Source: Malacoraja senta (Eukaryota). Taken from it: 64,000 nucleotides of DNA. Shown here piece by piece: positions 12,353 through 26,392 of this stretch. The translations under genes were made by a program, and so were the position numbers. Within the stretch, counting starts at the first letter, position 1. Every line of letters starts with the position of its first letter. The notes under the pieces were generated by a model. The model did not search any database. It saw nothing but the letters and a program-made list of their open reading frames with translations, and had not been told where the DNA came from. Location: assembly GCA_038087875.1 (NCBI GenBank), contig CM075989.1:5270001-5334000 (forward strand), given 5' to 3'.

Positions 12353-15300
12353 CTAACTGAACTACAGCTCTCTTGATGTTGCCTATTTAATTCTGGCTAA
12401 AATGAAGTAAAAAGACCATTAAATAAAAACAGGGTAGACAATAATGCTGGAGAAACTCAGCGGGTGAGGCACCATCTATTGAGCGAAGGAAATAGGCAAC
12501 GTTTGAGCCCGAAACATTGCCTATTTCCTTCGCTCCATAGATGCTGCCTCACCCGTTGAGTTTCTCCAGCATTTTTTGTCTACCTTCGATTTTCCAGCAT
12601 CTGCAGTTCCTTCTTAAACATTAAATAAAAACATATATTTTCACCACCTCAGGACATTACAAAAGACATCCTCTGTGATACGGAGGTACATTCCGATAAA
12701 ATATCGAGACTTTCCACAACGCAAAGTCACGTCAAGAAACATGGGTTGAAAATATATAATTTTTTGTGAATTATTTTTATTTTTTCAATATAAATATAAA
12801 TTCAAATATCAATTGATATGATTTATTTATATTTTATTTACCCCTATAAATTCCATGAAAATGAATTTTGTTCTCTATCTCAAATTGTTAGGTAGTGATT
12901 CGTAAGGAATATCCATTGCCCCAATGGCTGTAAAACATGGATCGCCTGTGGTGCTCTTAGAACTTCAGGTTTATGTCTATTATAGTCACGTGTACTGAGG
13001 TACAGTGAAAAGCTTTGGTTTGCATGCTATCTAATCAAATCAGATAATATAATCATAAATGCAATCAAGCCAAACTCAAATCCAACAGGTAGAGCATAGG
13101 GGAAGATACAGAGTGCAGGATATAGTTCCCAGCATTGTAACGCACCAGCTGCATAGACAAACTCCAGTGTCCACAATGGGGTAGTGATGAATCAGACAGG
13201 ACCCGGTCTAATGGAAGGACTGTTCAAAAGCCTGATGATGGAGGGGGGGGGGGGTGTCGTTCCGTGTCGATGTAGAAGAGCATAAACTCCAAAGACGTGC
13301 AGGTTTGTAGCCTAATTGGCTTGGTACAATTGTAAATTGTCCTTAGTGTGTGTAGGACAATGCTAGTATATGGGGATCGCTGGTCGGCACGGACTCGGTG
13401 GGCTGAAGGAGAAATCTTTGGTGAACCTGTATCTCTAAACTAAACTAAAATAAAAGAGGCAGGCGCCAATTTACACACACCGAGCTCCCACTAATGGCGA
13501 TATAATAATCGCTAGATCATTCCCCATTGTAGCTGAAGGAGAAATCTTTCCCAAACACTGGAGCGTTTCCCTGCTCTTTTATCGAAGGAAGGCCATGAAA
13601 GAGTTTGCATCCACTTGTGCAACAAAACCCAAAAGGAAAACACATGACAATAAACAAAACTACACTTGCAACTCTTCAATCCTTTTGTCCCACACCTTCT
13701 GTCGTTTGTCCACCATCTGCCTCTCAAATAACCCTCCTCACCTGTGTCAACTTTTACCTGCCGGGCTTTGTCCTGCCCCTCCTCTCTTCCAACTTTCACC
13801 CCCCTACACCAACTCCACAATCAGTCCCGACCCGACCCGACCCGAAAGGTCGCTTATCCATGTTCTCCAGAGATGTGAGACACAAAATGCTGGAGTAACT
13901 CAGCGGGACAGGCAGCATCTCTGGAGGGAAGTTTGAAGTCTGAAGAAGGGTCTCGACCCGAAACATCACCCATTCCTTCTCTCCAGAGATGCTGCCTGTC
14001 CCGCTGAGTTACTCCAGCATTGTGTGTCTATCTTCGGCTTAAACCAGCATCTGCGGTTCTCCAGAAATGTTGCTTGTCCCGCTGAGCTATTCCAGCACTC
14101 TTTTGTAAACCGGCATCTGCAGTTTCTTGTTTCCACGTGCAATCTGTGTAAAATCCCTTCAAAGCAGTGAAGTTTAGACTGTTTTATGCCAATGGAAGAG
14201 TTGATGTGGACCAGAAGGGGCTCTGATACATCCCTGTGAACCAAAGAAATGGTTCTGCTGTATTTAATCACATCAAAGGCTCAATTTTACTTGTGTGGAA
14301 GCACCTCCCACGTTTCACAGTTCGACCCGAGAAGTTGCTAATTCAGGGCCTGGATGATAGAACCTGGGGCTATAATTAAATGGAACAATTTGTAACCATG
14401 CAGCCCTCTGCTGTTCAGTTAAATTAAATGATCCATGGGAGAAAGAAATAGCACTTACACATTTGACTTTTCACAGTGTAAGGACAACGAAGAACTCTTT
14501 AAAAGAGTGGAGATGATTTTAAAGTGCGGACACGGTTGCTATTTAGATAATTACAGGAATCATTTGTGAATCCAGTCAGATCTCGCAGATGGGACATCTG
14601 AGATGCTGGAAACTTGAGCAAAAACACCAAAGAATGACGGTAGACAAAAGCGCTGGAGAAACTCAGCGGGTGCAGCAGCATCTATGGAGCGAAGGAAATA
14701 GGCAACGTTTCGGCCCGAAACGTTGCCTATTCCCTTCGCTCCATAGATGCTGCTGCACCCGCTGAGTTTCTCCAGCACTTTTGTCTGCCTTCGATTTTCC
14801 AGCACCTGCAGTTCCTTCTTAAACACCAAAGAATGATCCCAGGAATGAGTGGGTGAGCATAGGATAAGCCTTTGACAGCACTGGGCCTGTACTCACTGGA
14901 GTTTAGAAGGTTGAGGGGGGACCTCATTAAAACTTACACAATAATGAAAGGCATAGATAGAGTGGATGCTTCCACTGGTGGGAGAGTCTAGGACCAGTGT
15001 TCATAGCCTCAGAATTAAAGGGCGCTCTTTTTGAAAAGGAGGAGCTTCAGAGGGTAGTTAATCTGTGGAACTCACTGCCGCACAGGGCTGTGGAGGCCAA
15101 GTCAGTGGATATTTTTAAAGCAGAGATAGATGGGTTCTTGATTGGAACGGGTGTCAAGGGTTATGGGGTTGAAGGCAGGAGAATGGGATAAGGTGGCAGG
15201 GATCTGCCATGATTGAATAGCTGATTAGACTCGATGGGCCGAATGGCCTAATTCTACCCCTCAAACTTGTGAACAAAGTGCTGGAGGAACTCAGCGGGTC

Positions 15301-18300
15301 AGGCGGCATCTGTGGAGGGCATGGACAGGTGATGTTTTGGGTCGGATGGCTTCTTCAGACTGATTGGAGTAGTGGGGAGAAAGCCAGTGAAAGAGAGAAT
15401 GGGGACGGGACAAAGCCTGGCAAGTGATAGGTGGATACAGGTGGAGGGAGGGGGGGTTAATTTGACAGATGAGTGATATGAACATTACATTTTCCAATTT
15501 CAAGATTCAGCCCCCTACCCCTCTCTCTTTCCTATGCACCTCCTCCCACCCCAATGGGAACCCATTAGTCCCAGTCATCTTGAAGAAGGGTCTCGACCCG
15601 AAACGTCACCCATTCCTTCTATCCAGAGATGCTGCCTGTCCCGCTGAATAACCCCAGCATTTTGTGTCTAACACCCTGCTCCTTTCTCCACCTTCATCTA
15701 CTCATTTCCCACCCCGTCTCACCTTCCCCATTTATCCCCCATCTTTTCCCCACTCCCCCCCCACCCTCATCCCCTTCCACCTCTATCCCTCCCTCTGGCT
15801 TCCATTTCACTCCTCACCTTCTCTCCAGTTCTGACACCCTTTTGTCTGCTTTTCACCTCTAGCCTTTGTCACTTGCACCGCCAACCTGACAATCAAACTG
15901 CCCCCCTCTCCTGTATCCACCTATCACTTGCCGCGCTTTGACCCGCTCCTGCTTCTTTTCCAGCTTTCTCCCCTTCACCGCAATCAGTCTGAAGAAGGGA
16001 GCCCCCACCCAAAACGTCGTCTGTCCAGTTTCCCCATAGATGCTGCCCGTCCCGCTGAGTTCCTGCAGAGTTTTGTGTGTTTTCCTCTCGACTCCAGCAT
16101 CTGCAGTTCCCCTGTGTTTCTAGGCAAGTGACAGGCGAACGGGGCTTTGAACGGCAAGAGGGTGGGGGTGGGGGGGGGGGGTAAGTGACCAAGGGCATCA
16201 GCATCAGGGAATGTCCAGGGGGGTGGGGGGAGGGGAGAAGCAGAGTTGCTATTGCAGGTTCTGTGGTGTTTCATCAGTCACCAGGAGACCTGTTTTGGAA
16301 GGCCCGATGATTAATGCAATGAGCGAATTCTCCAGGGTGGCAAAGGACCCTCTTCCCATGTATACCCAAGTCAGCAACGTGAGGATGGAGAGACAAGTTA
16401 TTACTTGAGAAGCAGCCACTTCAGTAACCATCAGACCAGTGAACAAGATGAATTTGCACAAAAGGCCTGAGTAACTCAGCGGGTCAGGCAGCATCTCTGG
16501 AGAAAAGGAATAGGTGATGTTTTGGGTGAAGAAGGGTCTCGACCCGTAACGTCACCTATTCCTTTTCTCCAGAGATGCTGCCTGACCCTCTGAGTCACCC
16601 CAGGTTTTTGTGTCTATCTTCAGCGTAAACTAGTATCTGCAGTTCCTTCCTACTCACAAGATGAATTTCCTACACACTAAGATGAGAGTTAGATTTATCT
16701 CTTGGGCTAAAGGAATCAAGGGATATGGGGAAAAAGCAGGAACGGGGTACTGATTCTAGATGATCAGCCATGATCATATTGAATGGTGGTGCTGGCTCGA
16801 AGGGCCGAATGGCCTACTCCTGCACCTATGTTTCTATGTTTCTATGCATCTGTTTTCGTCCTTGTAAACCACGCACTATACTATATTTTTAGAATTTACA
16901 CTTGGTTTCTATGCTTTTACAAATCTGTGAAATATCACAATAAGCGGCACGATGGCATCGTGCTGGAGTTGCTGCCTTACAGCGCCAGAGACCTTGGTTC
17001 GATCCCGACTACGGGTGCTGTGTCCCCGCAGTTTGTACCTTTTCCCTGTGACTTGCGTGGGTTTTCTCCACGAAATTCAGGTTTCCTCCAACACTCTTGG
17101 CTTGTAAGATAATCGGCTTGTACACGCTTGTAGGGTAATTGGCCGGGTATGAATGTAAAAATTGTCCCTAGTGTAGAATAGTGTTAATGTGCGGGGATCG
17201 CTGGTCGGTGCGGACTCGGTGGGCCGAAGGGCCTGTATCCCTAAAACTAAAAAACTAAATCAGACTGAGGACACTCATAGAGGGGGCTGGTAGGCTGAGG
17301 TTAGGGTCATCTACAAAGCCACTTTGCTTCCTTCTTCATTGCAATCGCAACCAGGAAGTTCCTTCACATCACTTGCATTATGTGAAGTAATTTCCAGCCA
17401 TGTTTCTACGTTCCCACCTCCGCTGCCATGCACCATTTTATTTTAATACAATGTATTGATGCAATCAAAACAGGGAGTGGTGCAGAGGAACCCACCGTGT
17501 ACACGTTGGAAGACATAAGGTATAACATAGATGTCACTACATACTCCAGGCTCTCAGGTAAGCCGCGCGCAATTTCTGACCACTCCCATGCTGGGCAGAA
17601 ATTCAAAGCTTGGCGACACCGCAGCTCAGATATTCAAGAGTCTTGTGCAGAGTTCAAAGCCACTAGAACTCTCACAGAACCTGCCAAAACCGTTCTCTTC
17701 CCACCACTTGTCAAAATCGAGGGTCTGGCAATGGTGAATATCGCTTTGTGTCTGCTGCTGGCTTGGGCTGCTGCACCCCCTCTCTCGCCACTCCTTGCCC
17801 CAGAGTTTGATCGCCTGGTACCAGCGGTGTGCCACGGCAAATGCTCGGTGGGCTGATATCAAGTTCCCAACTATCTGGGCAGGGGAGGTCTGGCTGGTCT
17901 GGGGTTGATTGAACTTCAGTGAGCTTTCTGCTTCTGCCTTCAGAGACTCCATGCCAACTTTGGGCGCAAGTCTGATAACTTGACATAAACTCCAGGACGG
18001 ACTTGCCTCTTGAATGCATCATGCTATGTTCCGTCCCACATGCCTACAATGGCCAATGCGTTCTCTCTCCTGGTGACCAGCTGCTTGCTGCATGTAACCT
18101 GCTTTAACTTGCCCATACCGGCCAACATGTCCCAGCTACACTCGTTCCACCTGCCCACATTTGGTCCATATCTAGATGGGCTGAGTGGCCTAATTCTGCT
18201 CCTGTCACTTATGACCTTATGGGTTCTTGGAGGTAGAGAGGAAGGGAGCCAGAGGGCATTGGGAGAAAATTCCTGATCTTGGGGCCAAAGTTTAGTTGGG

Positions 18301-19322
18301 ACTCCTGACAAAAGGAATAGTTTTGATGAAGCAAATGGGGAACATCCATTTCCACTGAATGGTCAGCAACTCAATGAGAAATTCTCTCTGAACATAGATT
18401 GCTAGGGGATGGAAACAAGGTGATGTAAACCTAGGAAGTGATGGGGGAATGGAATTGCTGCGGGCTGAATGACCTAAGATTTAAGGTTAAAGAATAAGGG
18501 GTAAGCCATTTAGAACGGAGAAGAGGAAACACTTTTTCACACAGAGAGTTGTAAGTCTGTGGAATTCTCTGCCTCAGAGGGCGGTGGAGGCTGGTTGTCC
18601 GGAAACTTTCAAGCGAGAGCTAGATAGGGCTCTTGAAGATAGCAGAGTAAGGGGATATGGGGAGAAGGCAGGAACGGGGTACTGATTGTGGATGATCAGC
18701 CATGATCACATTGAATGGCGGTGCTGGCTTGAAGGGCCATATGGCCTACTCCTGCACCTATTGTCTATTGTCTATTGTCTATTGTCGAGTGCTGTCATGG
18801 ATTTGTAGTCCTTCGAAGAAATAGCTGGATAGTTCTAACAGGATGGGAAGACACCTGGGATATGCTTTCTGGGAAGGAAACCTAAACGTGGCACGTTGGT
18901 ACAGCGGTAGAGTTGCTGCCTCACAGAGCCAGAGACCCAGGTTCAATCCTGACCTCGGGTGCTGTCTGTACGGAGTTTGAACGTTCTCACTGTCACTGGG
19001 TTGGTTTTCTCCGGTTGCTTCAGTTTCTTTCCATCCTCCAAAGACGTACAGGTTAGTAAGTTCATTGGCGTTTGTAAATTGTAAAAAAATGTACTTAGGG
19101 AATAGAACAGTGTTAGTGTACGGGGTGATCGCTGGTTGGTGGACCAAAGGGCCTGTTTCCACACAGTATCTCCACTCTAAAGAATGGAAGTTGGCCAACA
19201 GGAAAATAGTTTGAAAATTGTAACAACAAAGTAATGAGGGCCGGTGGAATAATATTGTAAATCAAATTGGATAAGGAGTTGCCTCTGGTTTTAACCCACG
19301 ATTGTTTCTCTTTTTGTTACAG

Positions 19323-19448
19323 GCCCCTGTTCCCCTAACCCCTGTCAAAATGGCGGCTTGTGTGAATCTGTATCACGCAGAGGTGATGCCTTCATTGAAT
19401 ACGTCTGCAAATGCCCCACTGGTTTCCAAGGTGTCCACTGTCAAACAA
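19323..19448 (+). CDS. MFGE8: MFGE8-like exon: EGF-like domain 2 with RGD integrin-binding motif
   Basis: Polypyrimidine tract, cag|GC...ACAA|gtaagt, 126 nt, phase 1-1. Encodes (G)[44 protein letters not shown] at 19379-19387. Confidence 0.95.
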
Positions 19449-20177
19449 GTAAGTACATCTCTCTGGGGGTTATTATTGGTATATTTGGGTAAACACTCTT
19501 GACTCTCGAGGACCACGTTGGAAGATTATGAAACACCGTGATAGGGTGGAGGGAATGAAAAACATTCCTCATTGACAAGTTGAGCCCAGTTATATGTGCT
19601 GGTTTAGTGGTTGAAAGTAAAATGAATTGGATACAAGACTTGAAAGGAAGTGCACGCAGAGTTGTGTGGGCCAATCTATCTGGGGATTGTTATTGGTGTA
19701 TTAGGGTTGTATTGATTGAAAGATACATCATGGAATCAGGTCCTTGAGCCCATCAGGTTCACACCAACCATCGACCACCCATTCACGCTAATCTTTTGTT
19801 ATCCCACTTTCTCGCCCACTCCCGACAGCATGAGGGGCAATTTGGGGCAATTCAACAGAGCATGTCTCTGGCATGTGAGAGGAAATCCATGCGGTCACAG
19901 AGGGATCATGCAGACTCCACACAGACAGCACTCAAGTTCAGGTTGAAACCCAGGTCTCTGGTGCTGTGAGGCAGCAGCACTACCCGTTGTACCACTGTGC
20001 CGCCCACCAGCAGTTAAACCTTGGGTGCAATTATCGCCCACGTGCGAGGAAGCACACAGGGATTTGATGTACACATTGCAAGAGCAACGTAGAATTGGAT
20101 GTTGACTCCAATTACCTCATGAAATGTTCACGTCTATTAACAACAGAGCAACTACTTTCCCTTGGAATTGGGTCTTA

Positions 20178-20497
20178 AACCCCTGTCCCACGGTACGAGT
20201 TCATTCCAAGAGCTCTCCCGAGTTTGCCCTAATTCGAACTCGGAGATTTACGGTAATGGCCGCTCGTCGGTACTCGAGGCTCTCGTGGACATTTTTCATC
20301 ATGTTGAAAAATCTTCACGAGTCTTCCCGTGCTTACCTGCCGTTAGCGAGTCTTCCCGGGTACCTGCCGTTAGCGCTAAGAGACGTCCCCGAGCTCCGAC
20401 GTACCCGCTACGTTCATTCTCCGTGCTTACCACGAGTTTGATTTTTTTTTAACTCGGGAGAGCTCTTGGAATGAACTCGTACCGTGGGACGGGGCTA
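20178..20497. mobile_element. PIF/Harbinger-type MITE (divergent subfamily)
   Basis: Long imperfect TIRs (CTGTCCCACGGTACGAGTTCATTCCAAGAGCTCTCCCGAGTT...), flanked by TTA (20175-20177 and 20498-20500). Confidence 0.75.
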
Positions 20498-20586
20498 TTA
20501 TTAGTGTTAGTAAGGTAGATCACAATAGGTTAACAACATGTGTGAGCACAGAGCCTCGCTTTGCACTTCCCGATTACAGACAAAAT

Positions 20587-21085
20587 GTGTGAGAAAGAAC
20601 TGCAGGTGCTGGTTTAAATCGAAGATAGACACAAAATGCTGGAGTAACTCAGCGGGTGAGGCAGCATCTCTGGAGAGAAGGAATGGGCGACATTTCGAGT
20701 CGAGACCCTTCTTCAGACTGATATCAGGGGAGGGGCAGGAACAAACATAGAATGTAGTCGGAGACAGTAAGACTAGTGGGAGAACTGGGAAGCGGAAGGG
20801 GACGGAGGGAGAAAGCAAGGGCTATCTGAAGTTAGAGAAGTCAATGCTCATATCGCTGGGGTGTAAACTACCCAAGTGAAATATGAGGTGCTGTTCCTCC
20901 AATTTGCGCTGGGCCTCACTCTGACAATGGAGGAGGCCCAGGACAGAAAGGTCAGATTGGGAATGGGAGGGGGAGTTAAAGTGCTGAGCTACTGGGAGAT
21001 CAGGTAGGTTAAGGTGTGCTGAGCTCAGTCCTCCGGTCTGTCCATCTTAACCTACCTGATCTCCTGGTGGCTCAGCACTTCAACT
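20587..21085 (-). mobile_element. Penelope-like element 3' part: GIY-YIG endonuclease C-terminus, hammerhead-bearing 3' region, and inverted segment
   Basis: Minus strand ~21013-20822 translates LNLPDLPVAQHFNSPSHSQSDLSVLGLLHCQSEAQRKLEEQHLIFHLGSLHPSDMSIDFSNFR*, the typical end of the PLE GIY-YIG domain. The hammerhead-like repeat follows. 21030-21085 is an inverted copy of the same coding segment (VHLNLPDLLVAQHFN, + strand). Confidence 0.8.
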
Positions 21086-21351
21086 GGTGTAGGGTGAAGC
21101 ACAGGAAAGCGAGGGGTTTGGGGGGAGTGTTACTTAAAATTGGAGAATTTCATGTTTATACTAAAGATCATCTTTGCGTCTATCTTTGGTATAACCCAGC
21201 ATCTGCTGTTCTTTATTTCTACATCAATGTTCATTCTGTTGGGTTTAGACGCGAGAGATTCAGCACAGAAACTGGCCCTTCGGCCCACAGTGTACGCACC
21301 GACCAGCGATCACCTCATACACTCACACTATCGTACACAGTACGAACAACT

Positions 21352-21890
21352 TCAAGTCGTCAAGTTTTATTCGTCACTTGCACATAAAGTGCAAGTGAAA
21401 TTAATTTGCCAGCAGCGGTACAATGAAAAAAGAACACACAATACACAATTAAAAAATGTAACATACATCCACCACAGCATTCATCACTGTGGTGGAAGGC
21501 ACGAAATTTGGTCAGTCCTCCTCGGTCGGAGCCCTTCTCCTCCTGGGTCCCCAACGAGGGATCTCAGGCTCTGGACGGCGCACCAGCTGGAGCTCCGCAT
21601 ACCGCGGCCTCAGGCTGCCGCGGGCCAGCGACCAGAGCGCTCCCCTCCCGCGACCCCCGTTGAGGGGTCGCCCGATCCGCGACGAAAGAGTCCTCACTGC
21701 GCCCGCTGCTGAATTCCCCGAGCGCTTCTCCGGGAAAGGCCGCACCGATCCTCGATGTTAGGCCACGGGGGAGGCGACATGGAAAAAGTCGCCTCTCCGT
21801 GGAGGAGGCGACCGAAGCGGTTTCCCCCTCACCCCCCCCCACACAAGACACACCGAGAGACATTAAAAACACACATCGAGACACACTGGA
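21352..21890 (-). mobile_element. Unclassified GC/CpG-rich non-autonomous repeat with a Rex1-like 3' tail (related copies at 37174-37535, 39081-39382, 42195-42555)
   Basis: Four copies share TTTATT..TCAC...GTGAAAT(T/G)...AACACAA...CACAG...CAGTCC blocks and end in short tandem tails. No convincing ORF. Confidence 0.6.
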
Positions 21891-22814
21891 GGACACACTT
21901 ACAATTTTTACCTGGGTTTACAAACCTGGGAGAGACACAAAAAGCTGAGTAACTCAGCGGGTCGGACAGCATCTCTGGAGAAAAGGAACAGGTGATGTTT
22001 TGGGTCGAGTCACTTCTACAGACTGGCCAGAAACGTCACTTATTCCTTCTCTCCAGAGATGCTGTCTGTCCCGCTGAGTTAGTCCAGATTTTTGTGTCAA
22101 TCTTCGGTTTAAACTAGCATCTGCAGTTCTTTCCTACACAAACCTACAAACCTGTACGTCTCTGGAGTGTGGGTGGAAACCGGAGCACCCGGAGGAAACA
22201 TACGCAGTCACGGAAAGAATGTACAGTCAGCACCCGTGTGCTTTGAGTAACTTTGAGGAATATAATATTATATTTTATTATATTTTGCCGACCTGTTATA
22301 TTTTCCTGCCTCTGATCAAAATGTTACTTTCCCCTATCCGGGCTCTGATCTCAAGATCTGTAATGAACAGTGAACCTACCGTGAACTTTCTGCAGAGCTG
22401 ATTCAGAGACGTGCAGATGGGGGCTGGTGCTCTGGCCTTTCCTGACCTGACAAGTAGAGACTCGAATGAAATAGTGGAGCATTCCCTCCTATTATGGGTT
22501 ATCCTATATGTAGCTTTCCAATAATCCAATAATTGGAGGAATTGTGCGTTTTTAACGGAAAAACAATTTGCATTCCTCTCTACCAAAAATGTTATTTCTC
22601 TAATTAGGTTGACTACACATCATTTTGGAGAAGAGAGCTATCTGTGCCAACGGAAGCCCATTGTTGGCAGTCAGGGCTGTGAGAGTTGATGTGTAGGAAG
22701 GATGCTGGTTTAAACTGAAGATTTAGTTTAGTTTAGTTTAGTTTAGAGATACAGCATGGAAACAGGCCCTTCGACCAACTGAGATCGTGCCGACCAGCAA
22801 TCCCCGCACACTAA

Positions 22815-23014
22815 AGGGCCTGTCCCACTTGGGCGTCATTTGCGCATAATTTACGCGACATCATTTACGCGTCACGTGATGCGCGCATGGTGCGTGGTGA
22901 CGTAGGCAGTGATGCACGGCAGCTCGCGGCGCCCCCCCAAGGATTTTGGGGTGTACAAAATCTTTGCACGCCATCAGCGTGATGCACAAATGACGCCCAA
23001 GTGGGACAGGCCTT
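22815..23014. mobile_element. PIF/Harbinger-type MITE inserted in a minus-strand V-SINE (22723-23243)
   Basis: TIRs as at 5617. The host reads cacac-TAA|MITE|TAA-cactatcc, whereas uninterrupted SINE copies have a single TAA, which shows a 3-bp TSD. Confidence 0.85.
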
Positions 23015-26000
23015 TAACACTATCCTGCACACACTAGGGACAATTTACATTGATACCAAGCCAATTAGCCTACAAACCTGTACGTCTGTGGAGTGTCGGA
23101 GGAAACCGAAGATCTCGGAGGAAACCCACTCAAGTCACGGGGAGAACGTACAAACTCCGTACAGACAGCACCCGTAGTTGTGATCGGGCCCGGGTCTCTG
23201 GCGCTGTGAAGCAGCAACTCTACCGCCGCGCCACCGTGCCACCCAGGTCTGTAAACTGATGGGCACAAAAAGCTGGAGTAACTCAGCCGGTCAGACAGCA
23301 CCTCTGGAGAAAAGGAATAGACATTTCGAGTCGAGACCCTTCTGTGAGAGTCGATCTTGACTTTCGGACGAGATTCGTGCAGACTATCTGCTGACAGCTC
23401 CCATGATATCAGCGGGAAGGCAGCAAGGAACTCGCCAGAGGAGAAACTATCACTTGAGGCTTGGATTGCTTCCCAGAAAAGCTGTGGGTAAACCCAGACA
23501 ACTGAATTAATTCAGCGGGACATAAAGGCAGAGATTGTTCTCACCATCAGATCTCCAAAGTAGTCAATTGCATTACAGATGCTTCATAGACGGACTGACT
23601 ATGCTGGAAATAGATGAAGTTGCTGCATATTACATTAGTAACACTGGGTCATTATTCAACCATGACAATGATGTTCTGGAACATGGGTCAGCTGTGCACA
23701 GCACTGATCACACCCAGCAGTTGGCTGCTATCTCCCCTAGTTTCAGACTAGACAGAAAAAGACTTCTGACCCATGGCGTCTTTATGGGCTCTCCCTAATT
23801 CTGCCCACACAACCCTCCGCACACCTCCATTCAAGTCTCACACCGAAGATAGACACAAAATGCTGGAGTATTTCAGCGGGACAGGCAGCATCTTTGGATA
23901 GAAGGAATGGGCGAGACCCTTCTTCAGACTGAGAGTCAGGGGAGAGGGAGGCATAGAGATATGGAAGGGTAAGGTGTGAAAACACAGATCATGGGGACGA
24001 TGACCAAGGTAATGTAGAGACAGGGGTTGATTCAAGCCGTAATCAACCTCTCAAAGTACTTCATTATGGTGGATTCAGTGCTAGTCATTGATACCCATTG
24101 AGGCAGATAACAATGGTTTAGGCTCCAGTATAATAAATGCCCTGTTGAAGCAGGTGGACAGTCAGATCGAAAAAAGTTGACGATGTCGAGGAAGGAACTG
24201 CAGATGTTGGTTTAAAGAAGGGTCTCAACCCGAAACGCCACCTATTCCTTTCCTCCAGAGATGCTGCCTGATCCGCTGAGTTACTCCAGCATTCTGTGTC
24301 TATCTTAGGTTGAAGATGTCTTTGAAGGCTCCAGCCAGTTGGTCGGCTCAGGTCTTTAGCACTTGGCCAGCACAACATCAGGTCCAGAAGCTTTGTGTAG
24401 ACTGACCCTCTGGAAGGATGCTTTAACACCTTCCTTAGAGACTTGAGGCCATGGTCATTGAGGGCTGTGGGCGTCAGTATAGGTGTGTCATGGCTCTCTC
24501 TTTCATAATGTGCATGAAAGGCATGAGGTCATCTTCTTCCCACTCCTTACGTAGACACTGGTGAAATAGGAGAAAATAACTTGTTTTTAGAGCTTAGGGA
24601 TTTTTTTTTTTAATCCAGTCCAGTGGTCCCTTTCCACTGGTACCACATTGGCAATCTTACTGAAGCCACAGGAGGTTGGTGGAGCAAAACGGAAAATGTT
24701 CTAGCTGGGCAGCAGAGGACACTCTAGAGTTTGCAAGTGAGTTAAGAGAGTTAAGAGTGTTTTATTGTCACGTGTCCCAGATAGAACAATGAAATTCGTA
24801 CTTGCTGCAGTACAACAGAATATGTAAACATAGTATGATATGATAAACGAGAGAGAAAAGAAAAGTTCAGTGTGTATATATACACATACATTTTTCAGCA
24901 TGTTGAAAAAAACGCCGCGACCTAGCTGAGGCCTCGAGTACACGGGGACTACTCTCGAGCAAGAAGGAGAGTTACAAAGATCTCCTAGGAGTATGAGTTG
25001 AGGGCAAACTCGCCAGAACTCGCGGATTCGGTCGCCCAAGTGGGACAAGCCCCTTTACTCCAGCACTTTGTGTCTTTTTTGTGTAATCCAGCATCTGCAG
25101 TTTCATGCATCCAAGTGATAAGAAAGATATGGTTTTGGTTGGGGTGGAGTGGGTGGAGATGAACAGGAGACAAAAAGGTGTCAGATGAGGAGGGATGGGG
25201 AGTGAATTGAAAAGCCAGTGGGAGGGTATAGATGAAAGGGAGGGTGGATGGGAGGAAAAAGTGGGAAAGGGGGGAAAAGGTGAGGAAGAGGCGGGATAGT
25301 GTGGGAAATGCTTGAACGCCCGGGTGGGACACAGTAAAGTGGCGCGGGGGGGAGGGGGGGAGTGAGAATTTTACAGTGATGGCAAAGTTATTGTGTTTCT
25401 ACAGCAACCTATATTGAGAAGGGTTTCGGCCCGAAACGTTACCTATTTCCTTCGCTCCATAGATGCTGCTGCACCCGCTGAGTTTCTCCAGCATTTTTGT
25501 GTACCTATATTCTTTTGATCCTTTCATATTAGATTTGGCTCTTGCCTTCAGGGTTTTACTTCTAATCCCTTTCTCTGCATTGTTCAATGAACTGCCTGAA
25601 GGGCAGATTGTTTGTTTCATCAAGACTAGTGGCCGTTTACTCAACACTGAAATCTGGATGAAGGAAGATTGCTCACAATATGTGAAGGAAGCAACTGCAG
25701 GTGATGGTTTAAAACCGAAGACGGACACAAAAGGCTGGAGTAGCTCAGCGGGACAGGCAGCATCTCTGGAGAGAAGGAATGGGTGACGTTTCAGGTCTCG
25801 ACCCGATATGGCACCCACTCCTTCTGTCCAGAAATGCTGCCTGACCAACTCCAGCATTTTGTCTCAGTTACTCACAATATACCGTGGCTGCTAAAAGGCA
25901 ACAACAACCAGAGAGGATAATAGAATATGTGTAGGAAGGAACTGCAGATGCTGGTTTACACCGTAGATAGCATGCAAATTGCTGGAGTAACTCAGCGAGA

Positions 26001-26062
26001 GACCGTATCTCTGGAGAAAAGGAATAGGTAACGTTTCGGGTCGAGACATCTGAAGACGTCCA

Positions 26063-26392
26063 GGCGGTCACGGTGGCGCAGCGGTAGAGTTGCTGCCTTA
26101 CAGCGAATGCAGCGCCAGAGACCGACTACGGGTTCGATCCCAACTACGGGTGCTGTCTGTACGGAGTTTGTACGTTCTCCCCGTGACCTGCGTGGGTTTT
26201 TTCCGAGATCTTCGGTTTCCTCCCACACTCCAAAGACGTACAGGTTTGTAGGTTAATTGGTAAATGTTAAAAAAAAAAAAATTGGCCCTAGTGGGTGTCG
26301 GATAGTGTTAGCGTGCGGGGATCGCTGGTCAGCGCGGATCAGGTGGGCCGAAGGGCCTGTTTCCGCGTTGTATCCCTAAACTAAACTAAAAA
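26063..26392 (+). mobile_element. Full-length HE1-type V-SINE (representative of many copies, e.g. 30302-30624 +, 43074-43390 +, 11958-12228 +, 60495-60792 -, 63265-63598 -)
   Basis: Pol III A box TGGCGCAGCGG, B box GGTTCGATCC, central V-domain, LINE-like 3' stem-loop GGGCCGAAGGGCCT and (CTAAA)n tail. Confidence 0.85.

Noticed and set aside
17428..17856. 142-aa ORF containing a signal-peptide-like stretch (MVNIALCLLLAWAAAP) as an alternative first exon of MFGE8
   Set aside because: The nearest GT donors after the hydrophobic stretch fall in phase 0, whereas the EGF2 exon needs phase 1. No recognisable homology.
21140..21952. 190-aa and overlapping GC-rich ORFs
   Set aside because: They cross several unrelated repeat fragments and show no domain signature.
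26063..26150. tRNA gene
   Set aside because: A and B boxes are present but continue into the V-domain and LINE-like tail. It is a SINE head present in many degenerate copies.
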